Assembly (NCBI GenBank): GCA_965279515.1
Contig: CBDIID010000003.1
Coordinates: 2,688,001-2,752,000, forward strand
Source: Turneriella sp.
GTDB lineage: Bacteria; Spirochaetota; Leptospiria; Turneriellales; Turneriellaceae
Length of the DNA: 64,000 bases
Direction of reading: 5' to 3'
Of the stretch, positions 39,147-47,444 are shown piece by piece (position 1 is the first letter of the stretch; each line of letters begins with the position of its first letter). A program made the position numbers and the translations under genes. Below the pieces are notes generated by a model. It ran no database searches, was not told the DNA's origin, and saw nothing but the letters and a program-made list of their open reading frames with translations.

Positions 39147-39716
39147 TTACGGGTCCTTTGATTGGTCTATCTTGGCGTAGATGGTTTTCAGACCCTTCCG
39201 CACTATTTTTTCCACTAAGAAAAATGAAATCAGCATACTGGAATAGATCAGCAGTAAATAGGATGTATAGTTAGGAAATTGACTTTCCCATCCATCTTCG
39301 ACTCGAAAGGCTAAATTTACATTTTCTCTCGGATTGGAAAAAAACTTAGAAACGAAGAACATAAGAAGAATAAAAAGGCCTGATTTCCACCAGGAATTCT
39401 TAGGTAGTCCCTTTTTCAGCACAAGGATCAGGGAAAGTCCCCCCCCAAAAAGGTGCGTCAATAGTGAACCAATCGAAAAAAAGCCTCCGCCAATGAGATA
39501 GATAACCCAAAGAATATTTCCGTATGCCAATACGCAGAAAGCAATGCCGTTTATACCGGGAGATAACAATAGATACGAAATCCCGACAAAGATATTGGCA
39601 ACCTGACATGCCCAAAGAGCATTCGTAGGCTTACCCAGTATAGCTTGCTCAAATACAAATATTCCGTAAAATGTCAATGGCAATACACCCAGTATCTTTA
39701 AACGCATAATAAACAC
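39147..39716 (-). CDS. Hypothetical polytopic membrane protein
   Basis: 189 aa, ~6 TM segments, LWACQ, TH and ENVNLA motifs. Confidence 0.7.
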   Translation of the reverse strand: MFIMRLKILGVLPLTFYGIFVFEQAILGKPTNALWACQVANIFVGISYLLLSPGINGIAFCVLAYGNILWVIYLIGGGFFSIGSLLTHLFGGGLSLILVLKKGLPKNSWWKSGLFILLMFFVSKFFSNPRENVNLAFRVEDGWESQFPNYTSYLLLIYSSMLISFFLVEKIVRKGLKTIYAKIDQSKDP

Positions 39717-39904
39717 GTTGAGTTATCTCATCGTTTATTCATAATCACAGCGCGTAAATCCATTAGTGATTTGCTCGAAGTAAGCTAATCCGATTTTAAA
39801 GTTTGGCTTGGATAGAAAACTCTGATTCGCAAAAAACCAATATGTCACCGAAAGCAAATTAAAAATCTTACGCGACAAACGTTGGATTTTTGGTATATTA
39901 AGGC

Positions 39905-41995
39905 ATGTCGGCTCCCGAACTCGAACAGAACCCGCTTTTAAATCAGGGCGAATTGCCCGATTTCACCAAAATCGAACCGAGTCATGTGGCTCCCGCCGTG
40001 CGCGAAGCGATACGGCTCGGCAAAAAACAGCTCGCAAAACTCGAAACTCTGCAATACACAACCTGGGAAACTTTCGTGTTGCCGCTGCGCGAAACGATCC
40101 GCCGCCTGAGCGAGGTCTGGGGGGCAGTCAACCACCTGATGGGTGTGAAAAATTCCCCCGAACTGCGGGCGGCGCATGAAGAAGTGCAACCCGAAATCGT
40201 CGAATTTCAACTCTCCCTCAGCCAAAGCCCTGAACTCTATAAAGTCTGGTACCACTTACAGACAGAGGCCACAACAGAACTCACAACTCCGGCACGTAAA
40301 CGCATCGTCGCCGCATCCTTGCGCGACGCCAAACTTGCGGGTGTCGCTCTCAAAGGCAGAGACAAGGAACGTTTCAACGAGATTCAACGCGACCTCGCGA
40401 GTCTCGCCACGCGCTTCTCCAATGCCGTGCTCGATGCGACGAAAGAATTCCAGATTGTTCTGACAGCAGCCGACGAAGTCGATGGCTTACCCGCAAGCTG
40501 GCGGGCGCTGGCAGCCCAGGCTGCCAGCGGCAAGGGCCATGCCAAGGCTAACGCAGAAAATGGTCCCTGGCTTTTGACGCTCGATTTCCCGTCCTATTTC
40601 CCTTTTATGCAACACGCCACCAACCGCAGCCTGCGCGAGAAAGTTTTCCGCGCCAGCAACACGCGCGCCGGCGGCAGCGGCTTTTCTGCCCAATGGAACA
40701 ACTGGCCGCTCATCGACGAGATCCTGAAGCTCCGCCACGAAGAAGCCAACCTGTTGGGTTACCCCAACTATGCGGAGGTTTCGCTCGCGGCGAAGATGGC
40801 GCCGAATGCGGAGAGCATACGCCAGATGATTGACGAGCTTGCACAGGTAGCAAGACCCAAGGCCAAACTCGAATTTGCGGCCCTGAGCAGCTATGCGAAA
40901 CAGAAGGGCCTGAACGATGAACTGCAGTTGTGGGATGTCTCCTTTTACTCCGAGCGGCAACGTGAAGAACTCTATGCCTTCACCGACGAGGAGCTCAGGC
41001 CGTATTTCCCATTGCCGCGCGTGCTCGATGGCATGTTCTCACTCGCTGAAAAAATTCTCGACGTGAAGGTTCAGGCGTCGCAGCAAAAAGTCGCACTCTG
41101 GCATGACGATGTCAGATTCTTCGACGTACTCGATTCTGCCGGCACAAAGATCGCCGCCTTCTACCTCGACCCCTACGCGCGCTCGGGCGAAAAACGCGGC
41201 GGTGCATGGATGGATACCTGCCGGCAGCGCGAGGTCACGGAAGGTAAAGTCACCCTACCGGTAGCGTATCTCGTCTGCAATGGCACTCCACCTGTGGGCG
41301 ACACGCCTTCGCTCATGACCTTCACCGAGGTCGAAACCCTGTTTCACGAATTCGGCCACGGACTGCAGCATATGCTGACACGCGTCGACGAATACGAGGC
41401 AGCCGGCATTGCGAACGTCGAATGGGACGCAGTGGAACTCCCCAGCCAGTTTATGGAAAACTGGGTCTTTGAGCGCAGTGTGATCGACCAGATTTCGGGG
41501 CATTACCAGACAGGGGAACTGTTACCCCAGCCGCTTTTTGAAAAAATCATCGCCGCGAAAAATTACATGGCCGCATCGCAGATGCTGCGCCAACTCTACT
41601 TCTCGCTGCTCGACCTTGAACTCTACGAGACATACAACGGCAGTGAATCCGTACGCGACATACAGAAACGCATCGCCGCTGATTATACCGTGATGGCACC
41701 TTTGCCCGACGACGCCTTCCTCTGCTCGTTCTCGCATATCTTTGCCGGCGGTTATGCGGCAGGTTATTACAGCTATAAATGGGCCGAAGTCCTCAGCGCC
41801 GATGCGTTTGCCGCCTTCGAAGAGGCGGGGCTGCAAAACGAGGCCGCGTTGCGCGAGCTCGGCCACCGTTACCGCGAGACGGTGCTGGCGCTCGGCGGTT
41901 CAAAACATCCCATGGAAGTCTACCGCGAGTTTCGCGGTCGCAACGCACAGATCGACGCACTGCTGCGGCACAACGGCCTCAAGGGCGCAGCTTAA
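39905..41995 (+). CDS. prlC: Oligopeptidase A (M3 metallopeptidase)
   Basis: KRGGAWM, TLFHEFGHGLQH, WDAVELPSQFME and GYYSYKWAEVL motifs. Confidence 0.95.
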   Translation: MSAPELEQNPLLNQGELPDFTKIEPSHVAPAVREAIRLGKKQLAKLETLQYTTWETFVLPLRETIRRLSEVWGAVNHLMGVKNSPELRAAHEEVQPEIVEFQLSLSQSPELYKVWYHLQTEATTELTTPARKRIVAASLRDAKLAGVALKGRDKERFNEIQRDLASLATRFSNAVLDATKEFQIVLTAADEVDGLPASWRALAAQAASGKGHAKANAENGPWLLTLDFPSYFPFMQHATNRSLREKVFRASNTRAGGSGFSAQWNNWPLIDEILKLRHEEANLLGYPNYAEVSLAAKMAPNAESIRQMIDELAQVARPKAKLEFAALSSYAKQKGLNDELQLWDVSFYSERQREELYAFTDEELRPYFPLPRVLDGMFSLAEKILDVKVQASQQKVALWHDDVRFFDVLDSAGTKIAAFYLDPYARSGEKRGGAWMDTCRQREVTEGKVTLPVAYLVCNGTPPVGDTPSLMTFTEVETLFHEFGHGLQHMLTRVDEYEAAGIANVEWDAVELPSQFMENWVFERSVIDQISGHYQTGELLPQPLFEKIIAAKNYMAASQMLRQLYFSLLDLELYETYNGSESVRDIQKRIAADYTVMAPLPDDAFLCSFSHIFAGGYAAGYYSYKWAEVLSADAFAAFEEAGLQNEAALRELGHRYRETVLALGGSKHPMEVYREFRGRNAQIDALLRHNGLKGAA

Positions 41996-42023
41996 GGTAG
42001 TTGCGTCAAATACTTGTTATTTC

Positions 42024-42052
42024 TTGACGAAGCGTCGGGAGAGATATAGGTT
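42024..42052 (+). promoter_or_regulatory. Putative sigma70 promoter of a leaderless small-protein operon
   Basis: TTGACG-N17-TAGGTT-N6-ATG(42059). Confidence 0.7.
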
Positions 42053-42058
42053 TAGCTT

Positions 42059-42175
42059 ATGAGTCCGTTGATGATCATCGGTACAATCTTGACCTTTACA
42101 TCAGGAATATATCTTCTCGCTATTGGTATCTCAAAACTCATCGCTAAGGAAGTTCGCAAAGAAATCGCTAAATGA
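42059..42175 (+). CDS. 38-aa single-TM small protein MSPLMIIGTILTFTSGIYLLAIGISKLIAKEVRKEIAK
   Basis: Manual translation; sits directly at the predicted transcription start; hydrophobic helix plus basic tail. Confidence 0.6.
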   Translation: MSPLMIIGTILTFTSGIYLLAIGISKLIAKEVRKEIAK

Positions 42176-42336
42176 ACGAGCGATTTCTTGTCTTATTAGG
42201 TGGTTTAATCATCGGTACGGGTTTGGCCTTATTGTCTACCTACGCAGAATACAAAAGCTCGGTTGAATTGCTGATGATGAGTACGGGCGTGGCTGGTAGC
42301 GTGATTGCGATCTACCAATTTTTGCGCAGAAATTAG
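42172..42336 (+). CDS. 54-aa two-TM small protein MNERFLVLLGGLIIGTGLALLSTYAEYKSSVELLMMSTGVAGSVIAIYQFLRRN
   Basis: Manual translation; ATGA overlap with the upstream small ORF; two hydrophobic segments. Confidence 0.6.
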   Translation: MNERFLVLLGGLIIGTGLALLSTYAEYKSSVELLMMSTGVAGSVIAIYQFLRRN

Positions 42337-42395
42337 TATTTCTAAATCCTGAACGTAGCTCCTTTACGCGCCTGTAACAATCACTACAATGCCCC

Positions 42396-43034
42396 ATGCA
42401 GACGGCCGCGATCGATATCCCCAAACACTGGAGCTCGACATTCCTTTCGAATGATCAGCTCGTCGCCGTGCAATGCCAGCTCCACGAAGATAAATCCTTC
42501 ACAACAGTATTTACTCCCCGCATCGGTGTCGAAGGCCCCAAGGCGCATTCACATGGCGGCTTTCTCGCAACCATTCTCGACGAAACGATGGGAAGTACCT
42601 GCTGGTACAATGGCTTGCCTGTACTCGCAGCCAATCTTTCCGTAAAATACCGCAAGTCAGTGCCGCTCAACGGCGAATATATATGTACTGCAAAGATCGA
42701 CCGGCTCGAAACGCGGCGCGCCATGGTCAGTGCGCGGATTACCCGCGGTGAAACCGTGTTCTGCGAAGCAACAGGCGTCTTCGTGCGCGTGCCGATTGAA
42801 CTCTTGAAGCAACAGCCTGATATGGCGCGTATGGTAGAGATTGTCAGCTCGATCAAAGAGGGCCGCAGCCTCAGCGAACTCATTGAACTCGATAAAACCA
42901 ACCGCCGCTCCTGGGCGCCCGAAACTCCAAAGGAACGGGAATGGCCCGAGCTCGCCGAGCGCGGGCAGAAACTGATCGGCGATGCCCTTACACTGGTAAC
43001 AAATTCGTTAGGCGGATGGCTGCGGGCGCGGTAA
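42396..43034 (+). CDS. PaaI-family thioesterase with C-terminal extension
   Basis: HGGFLATILDETMG and LSVKYRKSVP motifs. Confidence 0.85.
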   Translation: MQTAAIDIPKHWSSTFLSNDQLVAVQCQLHEDKSFTTVFTPRIGVEGPKAHSHGGFLATILDETMGSTCWYNGLPVLAANLSVKYRKSVPLNGEYICTAKIDRLETRRAMVSARITRGETVFCEATGVFVRVPIELLKQQPDMARMVEIVSSIKEGRSLSELIELDKTNRRSWAPETPKEREWPELAERGQKLIGDALTLVTNSLGGWLRAR

Positions 43035-43844
43035 TTTCAGCGCGAGCAAAATAGCCACTACCACCAACCCCGCCCCCAAACATAATTTCAATCCCGGCGT
43101 TTCACCGGTCACGACCAGTAGACTTGCCGTCGAAAGTACCGGCGTCAAAAAGCTCAACACACCAAGCTTTCGCGCGGGCAAAGTTTTTGCAGCCTTATCC
43201 CAGAAGAAAAATGCCAGCCCCAAAGGCCCCGCGCCAATCAGGGCGAGATAGATCCAATCGTTCGGCACCAAAACCGGCCGCGGCTCCACAAAAAATGAAA
43301 CCACGAGCGATAAAATTCCCGCACCCAGATTAAATCCGCCTACTGCCGCATTCGGGAAAGGCGGCAAGCGTTTCAGCGACAAACTATAACCCGACCAGAT
43401 CAGCGCTGCGCAGAGAGCCAGCACATAGCCCATCATAGATCGCATTTCAAACTGCATCTTCTGCTCACCCAGAATCGCGAGCGCCGCGCCGGCGAAGCCC
43501 AGAATGGCCGCGAAAACAATACGGAAGTTGAGCCGCGGCCCGCGCTGAATAACGGGCGCGAGAACGACGATGAGCAGCGGCCACAGATAGTTCATGAGAT
43601 TTGCGCTCACCGCAGGCGCCCATTTTAGCGCAGCGAAGAGCGCCGCGTGGTACAGGATCAGCGCCATAACCCCAAAGGCAAAAGTGCGCCATGCGACACG
43701 CCATTGCCGCCAACCGGGTAACATCACGAAGCTACCGATGACCATCCCGACGCCGGTCAACAGGAAGGGCGGCAGGTGGCTGAGCTTGAAAGCCAGTGAA
43801 GCCAGCGAGGCCCAAAGGAGAATTGCAAGCAGAGCGCTGGTCAT
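43008..43844 (-). CDS. DMT/EamA family exporter (YddG-like)
   Basis: LLWASLA, ANLMNYLWPLLIV, GPLGLAFFFWDKA and LSFLTPVLST motifs. Confidence 0.88.
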   Translation of the reverse strand: MTSALLAILLWASLASLAFKLSHLPPFLLTGVGMVIGSFVMLPGWRQWRVAWRTFAFGVMALILYHAALFAALKWAPAVSANLMNYLWPLLIVVLAPVIQRGPRLNFRIVFAAILGFAGAALAILGEQKMQFEMRSMMGYVLALCAALIWSGYSLSLKRLPPFPNAAVGGFNLGAGILSLVVSFFVEPRPVLVPNDWIYLALIGAGPLGLAFFFWDKAAKTLPARKLGVLSFLTPVLSTASLLVVTGETPGLKLCLGAGLVVVAILLALKLPRPQPSA

Positions 43845-43913
43845 CGGCGAGCCGTCAAAACCGAAATCTCAAGCTGCGGGGAAATGAATTAAGACTTTAC
43901 TGCCCGTCATCAT

Positions 43914-44741
43914 ATGAATGATCGGTCATATATGTTGACCACCACACTGGCCCCCACAAAGCCTACTATGGAATTCCATAGCCTGCGGATCGAAATCCGG
44001 GATCACATCGGCTATCTTTACCTCGACAGCAATGAGCAGAACACACTCAATGCCGCATCACTGAGCGAAATCGTGGCAGCACACGACGCGCTCGAGAACG
44101 ACGAAGATGTCTGGGGTGTGATCTGGACCTCTGCCTCCGACACGTTCTTTTCGAGCGGTCTCGATGCAAATTACATGCTGAGCCTCAGCCGTGAAGACAA
44201 GCTCGATATGTTCCGCCAGCTGTTTGAAACCACGCGCCGCGTGTTTGCTTTCACGAAACCCGAAATCGTGCTGTTACCTGGCCATGCGTTTGCCGCAGGT
44301 TCAGTGTTGGCAATGGCCGCTGATGCGCGCTTCATGGCTGAAGGCAAATCACGCATTTCGTTTCCTGAAGTTATGCTCGGCATCTCGATGCCCGAGGCAA
44401 TGATTGCGATGCTACGCACGCGGGTCGGCGAACATAACCTCGCTCCCCTCGTACAGACGGGCGACGCGCTCAAAGCTGAAGAATGTTTAGCACGAGGCGT
44501 TGTCGACGCGCTCTATCCCCGCGAAGAGTTATTGGCACAAGGTGAGAAATTCATGCGGCGCCTGTTTCAGAAGCCGCTTTCCGGCTTTCGCGCGGTGAAA
44601 AAGAACCTGCGCCGCCAGACACTGGACCTTTTTGCGGATGACCCCAGCCTGGAAGATTTTAAGGTACTCATGGGTGTCAATTTTGACGAGGCGTTGAAAG
44701 CCGGAGTAGAAGGGCGCAGGCCGAAGTTCGTAAATCCGTAA
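43914..44741 (+). CDS. Enoyl-CoA hydratase/isomerase (start probably 43932 or 43968)
   Basis: FFSSGLD, GHAFAAGSVLAMAADAR and FPEVMLG motifs. Confidence 0.9.
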   Translation: MNDRSYMLTTTLAPTKPTMEFHSLRIEIRDHIGYLYLDSNEQNTLNAASLSEIVAAHDALENDEDVWGVIWTSASDTFFSSGLDANYMLSLSREDKLDMFRQLFETTRRVFAFTKPEIVLLPGHAFAAGSVLAMAADARFMAEGKSRISFPEVMLGISMPEAMIAMLRTRVGEHNLAPLVQTGDALKAEECLARGVVDALYPREELLAQGEKFMRRLFQKPLSGFRAVKKNLRRQTLDLFADDPSLEDFKVLMGVNFDEALKAGVEGRRPKFVNP

Positions 44742-44742
44742 C

Positions 44743-44783
44743 GCCCCTATCCCCGGCCCTTCCCCCAAGTCTGGGGGAAGGGC
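44743..44783. repeat. GC-rich palindromic repeat / possible terminator
   Basis: GCCCCTATCCCC-G-GCCCTTCCCCCA-AGTC-TGGGGGAAGGGC. Confidence 0.7.
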
Positions 44784-44846
44784 GAAACAACCTAAGATTT
44801 TACGCGCCCCGCAACATTGCAACACTGCCCCGTGGGCGGGGAGATT

Positions 44847-46658
44847 GTGGAACTAAAAACGGCCCAGGATTTACTGCGAACCGTCTTCGGTTACGAAGAA
44901 TTTCGACTCGATCAGCAAAATATCATCGCCAGTATTCTCGCAAAACAAGACACCCTCGTCATCATGCCGACAGGTGGCGGCAAATCGCTCTGCTACCAGA
45001 TCCCGGCATTGCTCTTTGAAGGGCTCACCATCGTCATTTCGCCGCTGATTTCCCTGATGCAAGATCAGGTCTCGGCTCTCCAGCAACTGAATGTCGCCGC
45101 AGTTTGTCTCAACAGCTCGCTCGATCTGCAAGAGTATGAAGAAAATGTTGCGGCAATCCGTAGCGGCCGTTTGAAGATGCTCTATCTTGCACCGGAAACG
45201 CTGTTCCTGGCCCGTACGCAAGCGCTGCTAAAAAACGTGCGTGTCGACTGCCTGACCATCGACGAGGCACACTGCATCTCTGACTGGGGCCATGACTTCA
45301 GGCCCGAGTACCGCAAGCTCGTCGAGGTGCGCGAAAAATTTCCCGACGCGGTTACGATCGCGCTCACTGCTACGGCAACAGCGCAGGTGCGGATGGATAT
45401 CAAGCGGCAACTTTCCATCACCGATTCGCATGAATTTATTTCAAGCTTTGACCGCAAAAATCTTAACCTGAACGTCGTGCCTAAACAGGCGGCCGAGTCC
45501 CAGGTCTTAGCGATTCTGCGCGATCATCCCGACGAATCGGGTATCATCTATTGTTTCTCGAAAGCGCAGGTCGACGAGCTGGCCGCATTTCTGCATTCGC
45601 GCGGTTTTTCGGTGAAACCCTACCACGCCGGCCTCGCCGACACCGTACGCGCAAAAAACCAGGAACTCTTCATCCGCGACGACGTGCAGATCATTGTCGC
45701 AACCATTGCTTTTGGCATGGGTATCAATAAACCGAATGTGCGTTTTGTCATTCACCACGACCTACCCAAAAATATCGAGAGCTACTACCAGGAAATCGGC
45801 CGTGCGGGCCGGGACGGCCTCAAAGCCGATTGTTTCTTGCTCTATTCACACGGCGACAGCCAGAAGATCAAATATTTCATTTCACAGAAAGAGGAAACAG
45901 AAAAGCGGCTGGCGCTGCAGCAACTGGCAACGCTCGTCAATTATGCGGAGAGCGATCATTGCCGTCGGCAGACCCTGCTCGCCTATTTCGGCGAACAGGC
46001 CCCCGATCATTGTGAAGCCTGCGATATATGCCTCGGCCCGCCCAAAGACAAGATCGACCTGACGGTGCCCGCACAGAAATTCATGTCCTGCGTGAAGAAA
46101 TCGGGCGAACGTTTCGGCGCTACGTACGTGGTAGATATACTGCGTGGCGCAAAACTCGAAAAGATTCTCGCCAACGGTCACAGCAACTTATCGACCTATG
46201 GCATCGGCAAAGATTTATCTAAGGCCGCGTGGCTCTCCCTGTCCCGCCAGCTTGTGCAGCAGGGTATACTGCAGCAAGACCCTGAATTCGGGGGCCTGTC
46301 ACTCACCATGGAAGCCATCCCCATTCTGAAAGGAGAGAAACCCTTTCTCGGCAACCCGATCGACGTTGCAAAAGATTCAGGCCGCCCGACCGCGAGCAGT
46401 CGCCGCGCTCTGGATACGGACATCGACCACGAACTGTTTGAATTGCTGCGCAAACGCCGCAAGGAACTCGCCGACGAACAGAATCTCGCGCCCTACATGA
46501 TTTTTTCTGACAAGAGTTTGATCGACATGTGCACCCAACTACCCAAGACGCGCGCTGATTTTTTGCACGTGCACGGCGTGGGCGAGGCGAAACTTACGCG
46601 CTATGGCGAACAGTTCCTCTATCTCATACGGCAGTATCAGGAGAACAAGCCCGGTTAA
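44847..46658 (+). CDS. recQ: ATP-dependent DNA helicase RecQ
   Basis: MPTGGGKSLCYQ, DEAHCISDWGHDFRPEY, QEIGRAGRDG, Zn cysteines, RQC and HRDC domains; GTG start after GGAG. Confidence 0.96.
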   Translation: MELKTAQDLLRTVFGYEEFRLDQQNIIASILAKQDTLVIMPTGGGKSLCYQIPALLFEGLTIVISPLISLMQDQVSALQQLNVAAVCLNSSLDLQEYEENVAAIRSGRLKMLYLAPETLFLARTQALLKNVRVDCLTIDEAHCISDWGHDFRPEYRKLVEVREKFPDAVTIALTATATAQVRMDIKRQLSITDSHEFISSFDRKNLNLNVVPKQAAESQVLAILRDHPDESGIIYCFSKAQVDELAAFLHSRGFSVKPYHAGLADTVRAKNQELFIRDDVQIIVATIAFGMGINKPNVRFVIHHDLPKNIESYYQEIGRAGRDGLKADCFLLYSHGDSQKIKYFISQKEETEKRLALQQLATLVNYAESDHCRRQTLLAYFGEQAPDHCEACDICLGPPKDKIDLTVPAQKFMSCVKKSGERFGATYVVDILRGAKLEKILANGHSNLSTYGIGKDLSKAAWLSLSRQLVQQGILQQDPEFGGLSLTMEAIPILKGEKPFLGNPIDVAKDSGRPTASSRRALDTDIDHELFELLRKRRKELADEQNLAPYMIFSDKSLIDMCTQLPKTRADFLHVHGVGEAKLTRYGEQFLYLIRQYQENKPG

Positions 46659-47369
46659 ATGGAAATCACCTGCCTGACGTATAATATCCACAAGGCAATC
46701 GGCAACGACGGCAATTTTAATACTGAACGCATCGCCCGTGTCTGTGAAAACGAGGGCGCCGACATCATCGCCCTGCAAGAGGTCGACAGCGGCGTACCGC
46801 GCAGCCGGCATAAAGATCTCGCCGCCGAGCTCGGCGAACGTCTGGGTTTCCACTGGCAGCTGGGACTTAATGTCGACCTGAAGGTCGGGTCGTACGGTAA
46901 CGCTACGCTTTCACGCTGGCCGTTTGGAGAATGCAAGAATCTCGATCTGACCTGGACCATTAAGAAGAAACGCGGCTGCCTGAGCGGCATCGTCAACACT
47001 CCCGCTGGCACAATTTTCGTGATGAACTTTCATCTCGGCCTGTCGCGCATCGAGCGGCATTTCCAGATTAAGAACATGCTCGAATCGGAATGGGTGAAAG
47101 CGCACCGCGCCTTGCCGATTCTGGCACTGGGCGACAGCAACGAGCGCACCCGCTATATGGACATCTTTATGAATCTGGGCGGCTTCAGAAATGCCGCGGG
47201 CGAACTGAAACGCAAAATCAAGACCTGGCCGTCATTCGCGCCGATCTGGAACCTCGACAAGATCTTTTATAACGGGCATTGCTCGGTGGTAAATTATGAA
47301 GTGGTCAAAAACCCGCTGACACGCATGGCATCCGACCACCTACCCGTTAAAGCCGTAATGCGGATTTGA
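46659..47369 (+). CDS. Endonuclease/exonuclease/phosphatase (EEP) family protein
   Basis: TYNIHK, LQEVD, GDSN and ASDHLP motifs. Confidence 0.9.
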   Translation: MEITCLTYNIHKAIGNDGNFNTERIARVCENEGADIIALQEVDSGVPRSRHKDLAAELGERLGFHWQLGLNVDLKVGSYGNATLSRWPFGECKNLDLTWTIKKKRGCLSGIVNTPAGTIFVMNFHLGLSRIERHFQIKNMLESEWVKAHRALPILALGDSNERTRYMDIFMNLGGFRNAAGELKRKIKTWPSFAPIWNLDKIFYNGHCSVVNYEVVKNPLTRMASDHLPVKAVMRI

Positions 47370-47444
47370 AACGGCTCGTAACAGTCATAGTTCACCTCAT
47401 GCAAAAACTGTTTGTAAGTTAGTACGAACCAAAGATTATTAACC

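Larger units (their letters stand above)
24900..39890. other. Compositionally distinct genomic island carrying a type II FAS/PKS-like biosynthetic gene cluster
   Basis: Visibly more AT-rich codons than the flanks, long non-coding left flank, 14 clustered genes; no integrase or att repeat seen; boundaries approximate. Confidence 0.75.
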
